Positions 29,123 to 39,437 are shown, numbered from the stretch's first letter. The stretch: 64,000 nt of DNA from an uncultured Gammaproteobacteria bacterium (GCA_964610465.1 CAZSWA010000001.1:79023-143022); one strand, 5' to 3'. The notes: generated by a model not told the origin, from the sequence alone. Numbers and translations are program-made.

Positions 29123-30817
29123 ATGAGTAAGATTTATCTTCTTTCTGACACTATTATTTCCAAAATTGCAGCAGGTGAGGTGATAGAACGTCCGGTGTAT
29201 GCAGTCAAAGAACTTATTGAAAATGCAATAGATGCAAACGCTGATACCATAAATATACATATTACCGATAGCGGACTAAAAAAAATTGTCGTAAATGACA
29301 ATGGCGAAGGGATGGATTATGAGGATATTCAGCAGTGTTTTAAACCACATACTACAAGCAAAATTTCCTCTGAGGAAGAATTACATGGGATACATACACT
29401 TGGGTTTCGTGGTGAGGCATTAGCTAGTATCGCAGCAATAAGTAATATGAGTATAAAAAGTAAAACCAAAGATGCCACGTCAGGGAGTCTTGTTGAGCTA
29501 GTCTCAGGAAAAGTTGAGAATATATCACTTACTGGTATGCCGCAGGGAACAAGTGTAAGTGTAGATAATTTGTTTTACCCAGTTCCAGGGAGGAAAAAGT
29601 TTCTTAAATCGCTTCGTACAGAGTATCGACATATTCTGGATTTGATGACTCATTTTGTGCTATCGTATCCTGATATCCATTTTACATTCTCCCACAATGA
29701 AAAAGTAATTTTCGACTTGCCAAAAAAACAAGATATAAGCGAAAGAATACTTCTTCTTTTTGGAAATAGAGTAGTAAAACAATTATTAAAAGTTTCACAT
29801 AGAAGTACGTATCTTACGATAAATGGATTCATTGGATATCCTCAATATACTACGCAAAATAGCAGTAAACAATTTCTTTTTATCAACAAAAGAAAAATAA
29901 CAGATAAAGTCATTAGTCTTGCAGTAAAGGAAGCATATGGCAATCTCATAGAATCTCATGCATTGCCTGTTTTTATTTTATTTCTGTCACTTCCTTATGA
30001 AGCAGTTGATGTCAATGTACATCCTCGAAAAGAGCAAATACATTTTGTGGATACAAAATCAATCTTTGATGAAGTATATAAAGCAGTTACAGATACTCTA
30101 CAAAATAATAATCTCACTTTTTTCAATCTCAGCATGGAAGATGGAATTGCATCAAGAAAAGGGAATCTTAATTCTTTCGCAGGAAAATATCTTAAAGAAA
30201 AGGTGAGCACCTGGGAAATGAATAACTTACATATACAAAAAGACTCAAGTATTCAGCAAGTACACAATCTTTATCTTATTGTCCAAACAAAAAACGGGTT
30301 GCTTTTTGTAGACCAGCACGCAGCTCATGAACGGATACTGTATGAGCAATTCTTAGAGCAATTTCAAAATAAAAGTGAACTACAAGAGCAGTATATTTTG
30401 GAAAAACCTCTCTCTTTTGATCTTTCTTTCTCAGATTCTGAACTTCTTAAAGAGAAGCAAAATGAATTATCATCATTGGGATTTGCCTTTGAGAGCAAAG
30501 AAGACAATATAGTACATGCCATAGCAGTACCTTTGTTGTTTAAAGATAGAAAAATTCCAAAACTTGTCAATGAACTTCTTGATGAATTAAGAGAAGAAAA
30601 ATCATACCAAAAAATTGACAACCAATCTCAAAGAATGCTTGCATATCTTGCATGTAGAAGCGCCATAAAAGCAGGTGATAGTCTTACTAAACAGCAAGCA
30701 AAAGAGTTACTTGAGAAATTGGAAAAAACCAAAAATAATGCTACTTGTCCTCATGGGAGACCGACAAAAGTCGAGATACCTTTGCCTCAAATACATAAGT
30801 ATTTTAAAAGAGTTTAG
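29123..30817 (+). CDS. mutL: DNA mismatch repair protein MutL (endonuclease-proficient type)
   Basis: GHKL ATPase motifs ELIENAIDA and GFRGEAL are present. The C-terminal endonuclease motifs VDQHAAHERILYEQF, ACRSAIKAGD and CPHGRPT are also present. Confidence 0.9.
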   Translation: MSKIYLLSDTIISKIAAGEVIERPVYAVKELIENAIDANADTINIHITDSGLKKIVVNDNGEGMDYEDIQQCFKPHTTSKISSEEELHGIHTLGFRGEALASIAAISNMSIKSKTKDATSGSLVELVSGKVENISLTGMPQGTSVSVDNLFYPVPGRKKFLKSLRTEYRHILDLMTHFVLSYPDIHFTFSHNEKVIFDLPKKQDISERILLLFGNRVVKQLLKVSHRSTYLTINGFIGYPQYTTQNSSKQFLFINKRKITDKVISLAVKEAYGNLIESHALPVFILFLSLPYEAVDVNVHPRKEQIHFVDTKSIFDEVYKAVTDTLQNNNLTFFNLSMEDGIASRKGNLNSFAGKYLKEKVSTWEMNNLHIQKDSSIQQVHNLYLIVQTKNGLLFVDQHAAHERILYEQFLEQFQNKSELQEQYILEKPLSFDLSFSDSELLKEKQNELSSLGFAFESKEDNIVHAIAVPLLFKDRKIPKLVNELLDELREEKSYQKIDNQSQRMLAYLACRSAIKAGDSLTKQQAKELLEKLEKTKNNATCPHGRPTKVEIPLPQIHKYFKRV

Positions 30818-30835
30818 TATTCTCAATTACCAAAC

Positions 30836-31639
30836 ATGCATACCGAGAAATTTCAACAGATTATTAAAGCGTATTACAAAGGTAATAAACGGAATTTTCC
30901 TTGGAGAGAAACAAAAGATTTCTATCAGATTCTGGTTTCAGAATTTATGCTGCAACAAACCCAAACTTCACGTGTGTTACCAAAATATAATGCGTTTCTT
31001 GCTCGATTTCCAACTCTTGAGAGTCTTGCTCACGCAAAATTGTCTGAAGTCCTATCCTTGTGGAGTGGCTTAGGATACAATAGACGAGCACTATATCTCC
31101 AAAAAACAGCACAAATTTTACTCAAACAATATCATGGTAAATTGCCATTGGACATAAAAAATATCCAAGAGCTTCCTGGAATTGGCAAGTATACCGCACC
31201 AGCAGTTTTAGTATTCTCACAAAACCAACCACTGATAGTTATTGAAACCAATATTAGACGAGTATTTATTCATTTTTTCTTTAAAGATGCGAAAGCTGTT
31301 TCAGACAAAGAAATTGAGAAATTTATTCATAAAACATTGGATAAAGAAAATCCTCGAGAATGGTATTTCGCATTGATGGATTATGGTGTTTATCTTAAAG
31401 AGCATACTGAAAATCCAAACAGAAAAAGTACTCATTACAAAAAACAATCAAGGTTTGAAGGCTCTATCCGCAAAGTGAGAGGCGAAATCCTTCGTATACT
31501 ACTAAAATCTTCATCTATTTCCTATCAAAAACTACAAGAATCAGTACATACGACAAATGATATGTACGAAAAGGCACTTATGGGTCTTGAAAAAGATGGA
31601 ATTATTACGAAACAGAATAATACAATTACTATTCGATAA
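30836..31639 (+). CDS. MutY-like HhH-GPD DNA glycosylase lacking the Fe-S cluster loop and the MutT-like C-terminal domain
   Basis: FPWRETKDFYQILVSEFMLQQTQTSRVLPKYNAFLARFPTLESLAHAKLSEVLSLWSGLGYNRRALYLQK...LPGIGKYTAPAVL closely parallels the MutY N-terminal catalytic domain. Glu (IETNIRRV) replaces the usual catalytic Asp. The C-terminal half has no cysteines. Confidence 0.75.
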   Translation: MHTEKFQQIIKAYYKGNKRNFPWRETKDFYQILVSEFMLQQTQTSRVLPKYNAFLARFPTLESLAHAKLSEVLSLWSGLGYNRRALYLQKTAQILLKQYHGKLPLDIKNIQELPGIGKYTAPAVLVFSQNQPLIVIETNIRRVFIHFFFKDAKAVSDKEIEKFIHKTLDKENPREWYFALMDYGVYLKEHTENPNRKSTHYKKQSRFEGSIRKVRGEILRILLKSSSISYQKLQESVHTTNDMYEKALMGLEKDGIITKQNNTITIR

Positions 31640-31748
31640 GTGTAGTAATTTATGATAACTATTTCATATTTTCTAAGGTATTTGCATTTTGTTGAATCAA
31701 AACGTTCGTGCTTAAATAAATTCTATTTTTGTTAACTAATACATTTTC

Positions 31749-32417
31749 TTAGTATAGGAAGTTGTTCAAAAGCTTCATTATTAATATTACCAAAGCATCA
31801 ATACCTAAAGGAATTACTAGTAGCTTATTACATTTATTTAATATATAAGGTGCTTTAAAAGAAACAAATGCGGTGATAATAGAAGAAGGAATACGAAAAC
31901 CAAGAAGAAAAAAGATACTAATTACTCCACATATAATCAGTACTACTTCAACTGTTCCTTCTAAGTCCTTTTTGCTTGAAAACATATTATTTCCAATCTC
32001 AAAAATTATATATACAACAAGAAATAACAAAAATTTATTTTCAAAAATATTTTGGGGCAGATAAAAAAGCATACTAAGAAGTATAGCGGTTCCCGCAAAG
32101 AACGGTGCAATCCCAATAAAGATATTCCTCATAAAATCCGTTTTTGCAATCATGACACTCCCAAGTTTTATATTTCTGCCTTCTCCATAGGGTATAAGTT
32201 CTATTTTGCCCGTAGATACAAAAAGAAGTTTTGCCGTTAAAAAATGTGATAGTTCGTGAACAAGAGTTCCTGGGAAAAAAAGAAGTGCCATAAAATATAT
32301 CATCATTTTCTGGCTTCTTGTAACTCTTAGAAAAAATAATGATAGCTCAATAGTAAGTATTCGTGATAAAAGATAAAGGAGAAAAAGCAAAGCAAGAAAA
32401 AAGAAAATAGAGAGCAT
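31749..32417 (-). CDS. polytopic membrane protein with HExxH motif (putative intramembrane zinc metallopeptidase)
   Basis: HELSHFLTA lies within a predicted transmembrane helix. About 6 hydrophobic segments. Confidence 0.5.
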   Translation of the reverse strand: MLSIFFFLALLFLLYLLSRILTIELSLFFLRVTRSQKMMIYFMALLFFPGTLVHELSHFLTAKLLFVSTGKIELIPYGEGRNIKLGSVMIAKTDFMRNIFIGIAPFFAGTAILLSMLFYLPQNIFENKFLLFLVVYIIFEIGNNMFSSKKDLEGTVEVVLIICGVISIFFLLGFRIPSSIITAFVSFKAPYILNKCNKLLVIPLGIDALVILIMKLLNNFLY

Positions 32418-32435
32418 ATATTTATTTTAGCGCAG

Positions 32436-32984
32436 TCATTTGGTAATTTTACCCTCTTTGGTTATTTCATCAAGCGATTTATTACTGACTGCTGAAAAAT
32501 CATAATTATTTATATCATAGTCTGTATCCTCATACCCATCATGATGTTTGATAAGAAGCCATGTCTCCTGTTTACTACTAAATCCTCGGGTTTTTACAAG
32601 TGCAAACGAACCTTTGAGTTTTTTGCCATGAAGGGTAAATTTCAACTGTCCTGCTTTTAGTCCCTCTTCCATGAGCATTTCTCCTTCTTTTCTATCAGCT
32701 ATTTCTTTTCTTACTCCTTTGGCAAGTTCCCTCTCTGGAGTATACATACCTTCATCCCAAATCATAACGGTTCCTGCGCCATACTGTCCTTCAGGAATTA
32801 TCCCTTCAAACTTTCTCCATTCCATATCATGATCCGGCGTTCGTATTGCTAGATGTTTAACTGTAGCATTAAGGGTTGGGCCTTTTGGAATAGACCACGA
32901 AGGCATTTTCCCATTTATCTCAAGGCGAAAATCATAATGGAGAGAGGTTGCTTTGTGCTTTTGTACTACAAAAAGGAGTTTCAT
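32436..32984 (-). CDS. stand-alone LigD 3'-phosphoesterase (PE) domain protein
   Basis: N-terminal FVVQKHKATSLHYDFRLEINGKMPSWSIPKGPT is the hallmark of the LigD phosphoesterase domain. No ligase, polymerase or Ku gene is adjacent. Confidence 0.75.
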   Translation of the reverse strand: MKLLFVVQKHKATSLHYDFRLEINGKMPSWSIPKGPTLNATVKHLAIRTPDHDMEWRKFEGIIPEGQYGAGTVMIWDEGMYTPERELAKGVRKEIADRKEGEMLMEEGLKAGQLKFTLHGKKLKGSFALVKTRGFSSKQETWLLIKHHDGYEDTDYDINNYDFSAVSNKSLDEITKEGKITK

Positions 32985-33067
32985 TCAAAGTATAGTAGCA
33001 TAAAAAAGAACGAAAGATAACCAGGTGTTGCAATTATATACTTTTTAAGAGAGAATAAAAAAAGGCT

Positions 33068-34879
33068 ATGGCTGTTGAAAGACAGCAGGATACTGAAACC
33101 AAGTTCTCTCCTTCCCCTCCTGCCGAAATTGTTGATATTCATAAACTGGTAATTGAGCGCCAAATACTGGAATCTTTTCCAGAACTTGATAGTGAACTTG
33201 TCGAAGTAATAAAAAAATCCCGGTTTCCTATTATCCCTGCTGTTGTAAAAAGAGAACAAATAGTATCTCCCATTCTTAAGCAAAAGGAAGAGGAGAAAAA
33301 ACCGCTTTTTGAAGAACGAACTCTCCTTATTGATATGTCACGAGGGGGTATATATACTCCTGATTTTCTCAAACATATAATAGAAACATGCGCAAGTTTT
33401 CAAATAAATACAATAACATTATATACGGAGTTTTTTGAAGTTGATGATCATCCAAAAATTGGCAATCATGAACAAACAGGACAGCTAAAAAAAACAGAAA
33501 TAAAAAAATTAGTAGAATATGCAGATACGTTAGGAGTAACTCTCTATCCATCTATCCAAACGTTAGGACACTTAGAAAAAATTTTAAGACAGGAAGAATA
33601 CAAAAAATTTTCTTTTCCTGGGAAATTTTCAGCATCTTTTTCTACTCTTAATCCTTCTGCACCTGGAGCATATGAATTTATAGAAACACTTATTGCAAAT
33701 GCAATTGAGCCATATCAACTTTTAGGAAAAACCCCAAAAATCAATATTGGATGTGATGAGACATATGATATTACTAATAATGAGTACGTAACTCATATAC
33801 AAAAAATTCATGAGATAGGTAAAAAATATGATTTAGACATGTATATGTGGGGAGACAGATTGATTCATTTGACAGAGGAACAGATTGAACAACTACCTAA
33901 AGATATCAAGAAAATTCTTTGGATATATGATGAGACAGATTTTCTTAAAATAGATACCATTATTGCAGAGCATGCAAAGCAAGGAATTACTTTTGATAGT
34001 GTATGTTCAAGTACTGCTTCCCATAACCAGGTATATCCTTTTAGTGAACGGGCAAAAAAAAATACAGACTCACTTTTACAAGCCGGAGCGAAATGGAATA
34101 TTCCTAATGCGATGATAGCAGTATGGCATGATGATTCTGCAGAGGCTCCGTTTGCAGGAGCATGGGACTCAATTGCCTATTTTGCGGGGAAAAGTTTTAG
34201 TGGTAAAAGGGAAGATCCAGATATGCTCCTTGAAAAAATCGGAAATCGTGATATAAATCACTATGCAACTGCAAGTACTTTACCCGTTTTGACTGAAAAC
34301 CATGTTGAAAGTAGTATATCTCCGTTGATTCCAAATCCAATTAAACAATTAATTTTTTCAGATATCCGCACCTTAAACCTGCCAAATGAAGAACAAGAGA
34401 AGTACTGCCGTCATTTTGATACGATAAAGCTAGAGTTACAAAAAATAATTGGAACTACTTCTGATAACGAAGAGCTCTTTACTTATACCTATGCAATCGC
34501 AGATTATCTTTCTTCAAAATTAGAACTTAGCAGGAAAATGCGGGATGGATATGAACTTTCAAAAAAAGGAAATCCACTAGAATTTTATCTTCTTCAAGAG
34601 AAAGTAAAAGAAACAGTACAGAAATTAATAGTTGTATGGTTGGCTCATCGTAAATTGTGGCTTAGTGAAAAAAAACCACATGGGTTTGAGAATGTTGAAC
34701 AAAGATATATTGAAGTAGTAAAAGATACTATAGCACTCTACGGCGATGTTAGAAATTATTCATATAGTGGAGAAAAGATACCGTATCTTGAAACAGGAAA
34801 TAATACTACATCTTCTTTGCTTTCTTCAGTTGTTTCGTATAAAGATATTAGGAAATATGCAACAAATAATCCCGCCTAA
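33068..34879 (+). CDS. glycoside hydrolase family 20-like (beta-N-acetylhexosaminidase-like) protein
   Basis: A TIM-barrel-like core has LIDMSRGGIYTPDFLKHIIETCASFQINTITLYTE, QTLGHLEKIL and NIGCDETYD, resembling the GH20 H-x-G-G-D-E region. The assignment is tentative. Confidence 0.45.
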   Translation: MAVERQQDTETKFSPSPPAEIVDIHKLVIERQILESFPELDSELVEVIKKSRFPIIPAVVKREQIVSPILKQKEEEKKPLFEERTLLIDMSRGGIYTPDFLKHIIETCASFQINTITLYTEFFEVDDHPKIGNHEQTGQLKKTEIKKLVEYADTLGVTLYPSIQTLGHLEKILRQEEYKKFSFPGKFSASFSTLNPSAPGAYEFIETLIANAIEPYQLLGKTPKINIGCDETYDITNNEYVTHIQKIHEIGKKYDLDMYMWGDRLIHLTEEQIEQLPKDIKKILWIYDETDFLKIDTIIAEHAKQGITFDSVCSSTASHNQVYPFSERAKKNTDSLLQAGAKWNIPNAMIAVWHDDSAEAPFAGAWDSIAYFAGKSFSGKREDPDMLLEKIGNRDINHYATASTLPVLTENHVESSISPLIPNPIKQLIFSDIRTLNLPNEEQEKYCRHFDTIKLELQKIIGTTSDNEELFTYTYAIADYLSSKLELSRKMRDGYELSKKGNPLEFYLLQEKVKETVQKLIVVWLAHRKLWLSEKKPHGFENVEQRYIEVVKDTIALYGDVRNYSYSGEKIPYLETGNNTTSSLLSSVVSYKDIRKYATNNPA

Positions 34880-35209
34880 ACGGGATTATTTGCCTATGGT
34901 AGCGTTTTTATCAAGCTATCACACTTGACAAAAAAATATATGATTTCAACGAACTTCTATACTGAAAAAGACGGAATTGTGTTTGGAATTGACTCACAGA
35001 TTGAGAAAGAGAGTAAAAATACGTATGAAGAATAATGTCAATCTTTAAGAAAAATGTACTTCTTATAGCTGCCTCCTATCTCTATTTCAATATATTTTTC
35101 TTATAATTTCAAGAGGTAAAAAATGAATTAGTGAAGAGTAAGAAGTATGCAAGAGAACTAATTTACCTCTTGCAAAGAAAGAATTACTTGTTCTATGATA
35201 AATTAAGAT

Positions 35210-35770
35210 ATGCCTAGAAAAACACTTATCCTTATTAGCGCACTTATTTTAGTTACTATTGTCCTTTTTGTAGTTGCATTACGCTCAACCCAGACCCCAA
35301 CACAACCAACACAGCAACCAGCTATTACTCAACAGACTCCTGCTGTTCCTGTTCATTCTTTACTATCTATTGCTCCTAATCCAGTTGAGGTAAAAGCATA
35401 TGGTGATGGCAGTGCAAACGTAATGCTTACCACAAATGATAATGCAGTTACAGGAGTTCAATTAGAGATTTCCTATGATCCTGCAATGCTAAGCAATGTA
35501 AAAATAACAGCAGGTTCTATGTTTGAACATCCAGTAGTCCTTATCAATAAAAATGATACAAAAAACGGACGTTTAACCTATGCAATAGGTATTGCACCAA
35601 ACTCTTCAACGCTTCATAATACTGGAACCGCAGCTGTTATTACTTTTACCGCCAAAAATGCAGGGCAAACATCACTAAATCTTTTGCCTATCTCAATAGT
35701 AACTGCAAGCGGAGTTTCACCTTCAGTTCTTAAATCCGCAACTGGAGCGACAGTTGTGATAACACAATAA
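35210..35770 (+). CDS. membrane-anchored cohesin-like domain protein
   Basis: An N-terminal transmembrane anchor and Thr/Gln/Pro linker precede a beta-sandwich-like segment (LEISYDPAMLSNVKITAGSMFEHPVVLINKNDTKNGRLTYAIGIA...GTAAVITFTAKNAGQTSL) typical of cohesin-type domains. Confidence 0.5.
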   Translation: MPRKTLILISALILVTIVLFVVALRSTQTPTQPTQQPAITQQTPAVPVHSLLSIAPNPVEVKAYGDGSANVMLTTNDNAVTGVQLEISYDPAMLSNVKITAGSMFEHPVVLINKNDTKNGRLTYAIGIAPNSSTLHNTGTAAVITFTAKNAGQTSLNLLPISIVTASGVSPSVLKSATGATVVITQ

Positions 35771-35802
35771 TTATTTTTCTTCAAAAGAAGCATTTCCAAA
35801 AT

Positions 35803-36123
35803 TTAATCATTTATTTTTTCTTTAATATTATATACATCAATAACATTAGCCATAGGTGATGACTTACTTACATAACGGTTATCATTAAATATATAACTCA
35901 CAAAAGATACAAAATCATTTCTGTCATATAAATGAAAATATTCTTTAATTTGAATTCCGGTTAGACTATTCCATGCTCCTGTCCAAAACCAGCCGTCTAA
36001 AGAACCATTAGTTGGTAGTCGTATAGTTTGAGTTATTTCAGGTTTTTTTACTTCTGCGTTTTCAATTACAGTTGTATGAGGCTTTTCTAATATAGCAATT
36101 GTATTTGTAGGCAGCTCTTTCAT
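35803..36123 (-). CDS. hypothetical protein
   Basis: 106-aa ORF with no motif recognised. Confidence 0.35.
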   Translation of the reverse strand: MKELPTNTIAILEKPHTTVIENAEVKKPEITQTIRLPTNGSLDGWFWTGAWNSLTGIQIKEYFHLYDRNDFVSFVSYIFNDNRYVSKSSPMANVIDVYNIKEKIND

Positions 36124-36242
36124 ACTGAAGTATATTTTCTAATATGACAGGCTACTAATAAAATTCGGAAATAAAATTGTGATAATAGTGTAAGAAAAAA
36201 AGTATAGCAGAAAAAGATATAGAATTAATTTTCTAAAATGAG

Positions 36243-36314
36243 TCGGGGTGCTCGGAATTGAACCGAGGCCTTACGCACCCCATGCGCAAATACTATCCGT
36301 TATACTACACCCCG
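36243..36314 (-). tRNA. tRNA-Pro (anticodon GGG)
   Basis: The minus-strand sequence CGGGGTG-TA-GTAT-AACGGATA-GTAT-T-TGCGC-ATGGGGT-GCGTA-AGGC-CTCGG-TTCAATT-CCGAG-CACCCCG-A folds as a cloverleaf. It has a 7-bp acceptor stem, a T-loop TTCAATT and an anticodon loop AU-GGG-GU. CCA is not encoded. Confidence 0.85.
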
Positions 36315-36403
36315 TTTACTTCTGCATTATAGCGTATTTCGGCTTTAAATAAAATGAAAATTTATAGAAATTGCCACTTGTATTTTGATATAAAATTGAT
36401 ACA

Positions 36404-37510
36404 ATGAGCCTTGTCTATATGGCAAGAACTGCTTCAAGCCCAAAAACAGTAACCACTCCCAATGATGCTTCTCAAAAATTAGAGTCAATCCGTTTAGCAA
36501 TGGATCAAATTGAAAAGCAATATGGACGCGGTGCAATCATGCGATTTGGAGAAGCAGCCCAGAAACTGGATATTTCAGTTGTATCAACTGGTTGTTTGCC
36601 TCTTGATTTAGCACTTGGTGTTGGAGGATTACCAAGAGGAAGAATTATAGAAATTTTTGGACCGGAGGCATCGGGAAAAACAACAGTTTGTCTTTCAACA
36701 ATTGCACAAGCGCAAAAACATGGAGGAATTGTAGCTTTTATTGATGCAGAACATGCACTTGACCCACTCTGGGCTGAAAAAATTGGGGTAAAACTTGATG
36801 AACTGCTTATCTCACAACCTGACACAGGAGAACAGGCATTAGAGATTGCAGAAAGTTTAGTTCGCTCTGGCGGGATTGATGTGTTGGTAATTGATTCAGT
36901 TGCAGCATTGGTACCAAGAGCTGAAATTGAAGGAGAAATGGGAGAATCAGTCATTGGTCTTCAAGCACGGCTTATGTCTCAAGCTTTAAGAAAACTTACA
37001 GGAGTTATCTCAAAATCAAAAACAGTTGTTATATTTACCAATCAGTTAAGACAAAAAATTGGTGTCATGTTTGGAAATCCTGAAACAACTACCGGAGGCC
37101 TTGCGCTTAAATTCTATGCATCAGTACGTATGGATATTCGCAAAATTGAAACGATTAAAGATGGTGACAAAGTAATCGGTTCAAGACATAGAGTAAAAGT
37201 AGTCAAAAATAAAGTAGCAGCGCCTTTTAGAATTGCAGAATTTGATGTGCTACAGAGTGGTATATCACGAGAAGGCGGAATAGTTGATGTCGGAGTTGAA
37301 ATGGGGATTATTCAAAAAAGCGGCGCATTTTATCGTTATAACGATCAAATGCTTGGACAAGGAAAAGCAGCAACAATGGAAACACTGAAAGAAAATCCAG
37401 ACATGGAGAAGAAAATTGTAACTGAGATAATGAACAGAAACAAAGACGGTAGATCTCCGATTGCAGTAGGCGTTGAAGAGAGTGATGGGGCAGAAGAAGA
37501 AACGAAATAA
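36404..37510 (+). CDS. recA: recombinase RecA
   Basis: [16 protein letters not shown] Walker A, the L2 region and the conserved C-terminal core are present. The start may be the second Met. Confidence 0.95.
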   Translation: MSLVYMARTASSPKTVTTPNDASQKLESIRLAMDQIEKQYGRGAIMRFGEAAQKLDISVVSTGCLPLDLALGVGGLPRGRIIEIFGPEASGKTTVCLSTIAQAQKHGGIVAFIDAEHALDPLWAEKIGVKLDELLISQPDTGEQALEIAESLVRSGGIDVLVIDSVAALVPRAEIEGEMGESVIGLQARLMSQALRKLTGVISKSKTVVIFTNQLRQKIGVMFGNPETTTGGLALKFYASVRMDIRKIETIKDGDKVIGSRHRVKVVKNKVAAPFRIAEFDVLQSGISREGGIVDVGVEMGIIQKSGAFYRYNDQMLGQGKAATMETLKENPDMEKKIVTEIMNRNKDGRSPIAVGVEESDGAEEETK

Positions 37511-37515
37511 CCTTC

Positions 37516-37995
37516 ATGGACCAATTTGAGAAATATCTCGACAAAGCATACAAATTTTTAACCTATAGACCTCGTTCTGAAAAAGAAGTAAGAGATAACC
37601 TTAAGAAAATGAAAGCTCCTCAGGACATTATTGAGTCAGTTATTACATTTCTCAAAGGGAAAAAATACCTCAATGATGAAGAGTTTGCTAAATGGTGGAT
37701 AGAACAACGAATTAAATTCAAACAGAAGAGTAAAAAAGTCTTACGAATTGAACTCTTACAAAAAGGGATTGAAAAAGAGCTTATTATAAAACTTATTGAA
37801 GAGACAGAAGAAAAACCTATACGCGATATTGATCAAGCTAAAGAAATCGTCGAAAAGAAAATCAAGAAATATAAAGGGTTACCAAAAGCTGAAGTCTATC
37901 ACAAACTTGGAGCATATCTGGCAAGACAAGGTTTTGATTGGGAAACTATACGCAGCAGCATTGACGCTGTTTTAAAATTAGAGTATAATCAGTAA
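37516..37995 (+). CDS. recX: RecA regulator RecX
   Basis: 159-aa helical-repeat protein (YLDKAYKFLTYRPRSEKEVRDNLKK...) immediately downstream of recA. Confidence 0.75.
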   Translation: MDQFEKYLDKAYKFLTYRPRSEKEVRDNLKKMKAPQDIIESVITFLKGKKYLNDEEFAKWWIEQRIKFKQKSKKVLRIELLQKGIEKELIIKLIEETEEKPIRDIDQAKEIVEKKIKKYKGLPKAEVYHKLGAYLARQGFDWETIRSSIDAVLKLEYNQ

Positions 37996-38085
37996 GAATC
38001 AATAGATTGCTGGATACGTTATATGAAATACAGCATTACCTATCATAGCTTCATCCAATAAAGAGACGTAAAACGCCTCTTTCTA

Positions 38086-39384
38086 TTGCTTCAAAAATAT
38101 ATGTCAAACACAACAGTTTCAAATCAGCAAGATGTCATTAGTCTTGAGAAAAAGCTTCTCGAGAGACAAGAAAAACTTGATAGAAAACAAGAAGAGCTGG
38201 AAAAAGAAGAAGGATATCTTGAGAAAAAGAGAGAAGAATATATTGCTAAGATTGAAAAAGCGGCGGGGCTTACTCGTGAAGAAGCAAAAAAACACCTGTT
38301 TGATGAAACAGAAAGACTTGCTGCTCAAATGATGGCAAAAATCATCAAAGAGAAGGAAGAGGAAGCAAAGGCAACAGCAGATAAAAAAGCACAAGAAATA
38401 CTGGTAGAAAGTATCAGACATGGAGCACTCAATTATATCCCCGAATATACTGTTTCAATTGTGAAAGTTCCTGATGAAGATATGAAAGGCAGAATTATCG
38501 GCAAAGAAGGTCGTAATATTCGTGCTTTTGAGCAAGCAACAGGAGTAGATGTGGATTTGGATGAGGAGGGTATTATTCGTCTTTCATCGTTTGATTCAGC
38601 GCGACGTGAAGTTGCCAGACGCTCACTTGAAAAACTCCTTCGCGACACAAGAGTGCAGCCTTTTAGAATTGAAGAGATAGTTGAACAAACGAAAAAAGAA
38701 GTACAAAAAATAATGTTTGAAGAAGGAGAAAAGCTAGCTGCAGATGTAGGAGTCTACAATCTGCCGGCAGATTTATATCCAATTCTGGGAAGTTTTAAAT
38801 TCAGAACCTCGTACGGACAAAATCTTATGGTTCATACGCATGAGGAAACAAAAATAGGAATTCATTTGGCCCAAGAAATAGGCGCAGATGTCGATACAGT
38901 ACGTCTTGGCTGTTTATTCCATGATGTTGGGAAGGTTCTTGAAGGAGACGGAAGCCATGTGAAATTAGGAGTAGAGCTTCTCAAACGATATAATTTTCCT
39001 GACCCAGTGGTCAACGCAGTGGCAGAACATCACGAAGATAAACCATTTTCCTCTATTGAATCAGTTATTGTGTATATTGCAGATGCAGTTTCTGCTGCAA
39101 GACCTGGAGCCCGCTATGAAGATGTAGAAAACTATGTGAACAGACTTAAAGAAATGGAAGAGATTGCTAAGAAATATGAAGGCGTGGAAGACGCGTATGC
39201 ATTTGAAGCAGGTAGAGAACTTCGTGTAATCATTAATCCAGGTAAATTAGATGATGCTCAAACTGTATTGGTTGGACGAAAAATACAGGAAGAAGTAAGT
39301 AAAAAACTTGCAGTTCCAGGGGAAGTAAAGGTTACAGCCATTCGTGAGTTCCGATCAGTATATCCAACTACTACTCTTGTTTAA
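38086..39384 (+). CDS. rny: ribonuclease Y (no N-terminal TM anchor)
   Basis: A coiled-coil N-terminus is followed by a KH domain (VKVPDEDMKGRIIGKEGRNIRAFEQATGVDV) and an HD domain (GCLFHDVGKV, AEHHED). Confidence 0.85.
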   Translation: MLQKYMSNTTVSNQQDVISLEKKLLERQEKLDRKQEELEKEEGYLEKKREEYIAKIEKAAGLTREEAKKHLFDETERLAAQMMAKIIKEKEEEAKATADKKAQEILVESIRHGALNYIPEYTVSIVKVPDEDMKGRIIGKEGRNIRAFEQATGVDVDLDEEGIIRLSSFDSARREVARRSLEKLLRDTRVQPFRIEEIVEQTKKEVQKIMFEEGEKLAADVGVYNLPADLYPILGSFKFRTSYGQNLMVHTHEETKIGIHLAQEIGADVDTVRLGCLFHDVGKVLEGDGSHVKLGVELLKRYNFPDPVVNAVAEHHEDKPFSSIESVIVYIADAVSAARPGARYEDVENYVNRLKEMEEIAKKYEGVEDAYAFEAGRELRVIINPGKLDDAQTVLVGRKIQEEVSKKLAVPGEVKVTAIREFRSVYPTTTLV

Positions 39385-39437
39385 GCTTTTTTTGATACTT
39401 GACATTGTTTCTCGTTTTACTCTATTCTAAAAGTAGA

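Noticed and set aside
36124-36403. tRNA-Pro as an integration site of a mobile element or island
   Set aside because: There is no integrase, recombinase, direct repeat of the tRNA 3' end or phage-like gene on either side. The flanking genes are recA and an ordinary hypothetical.
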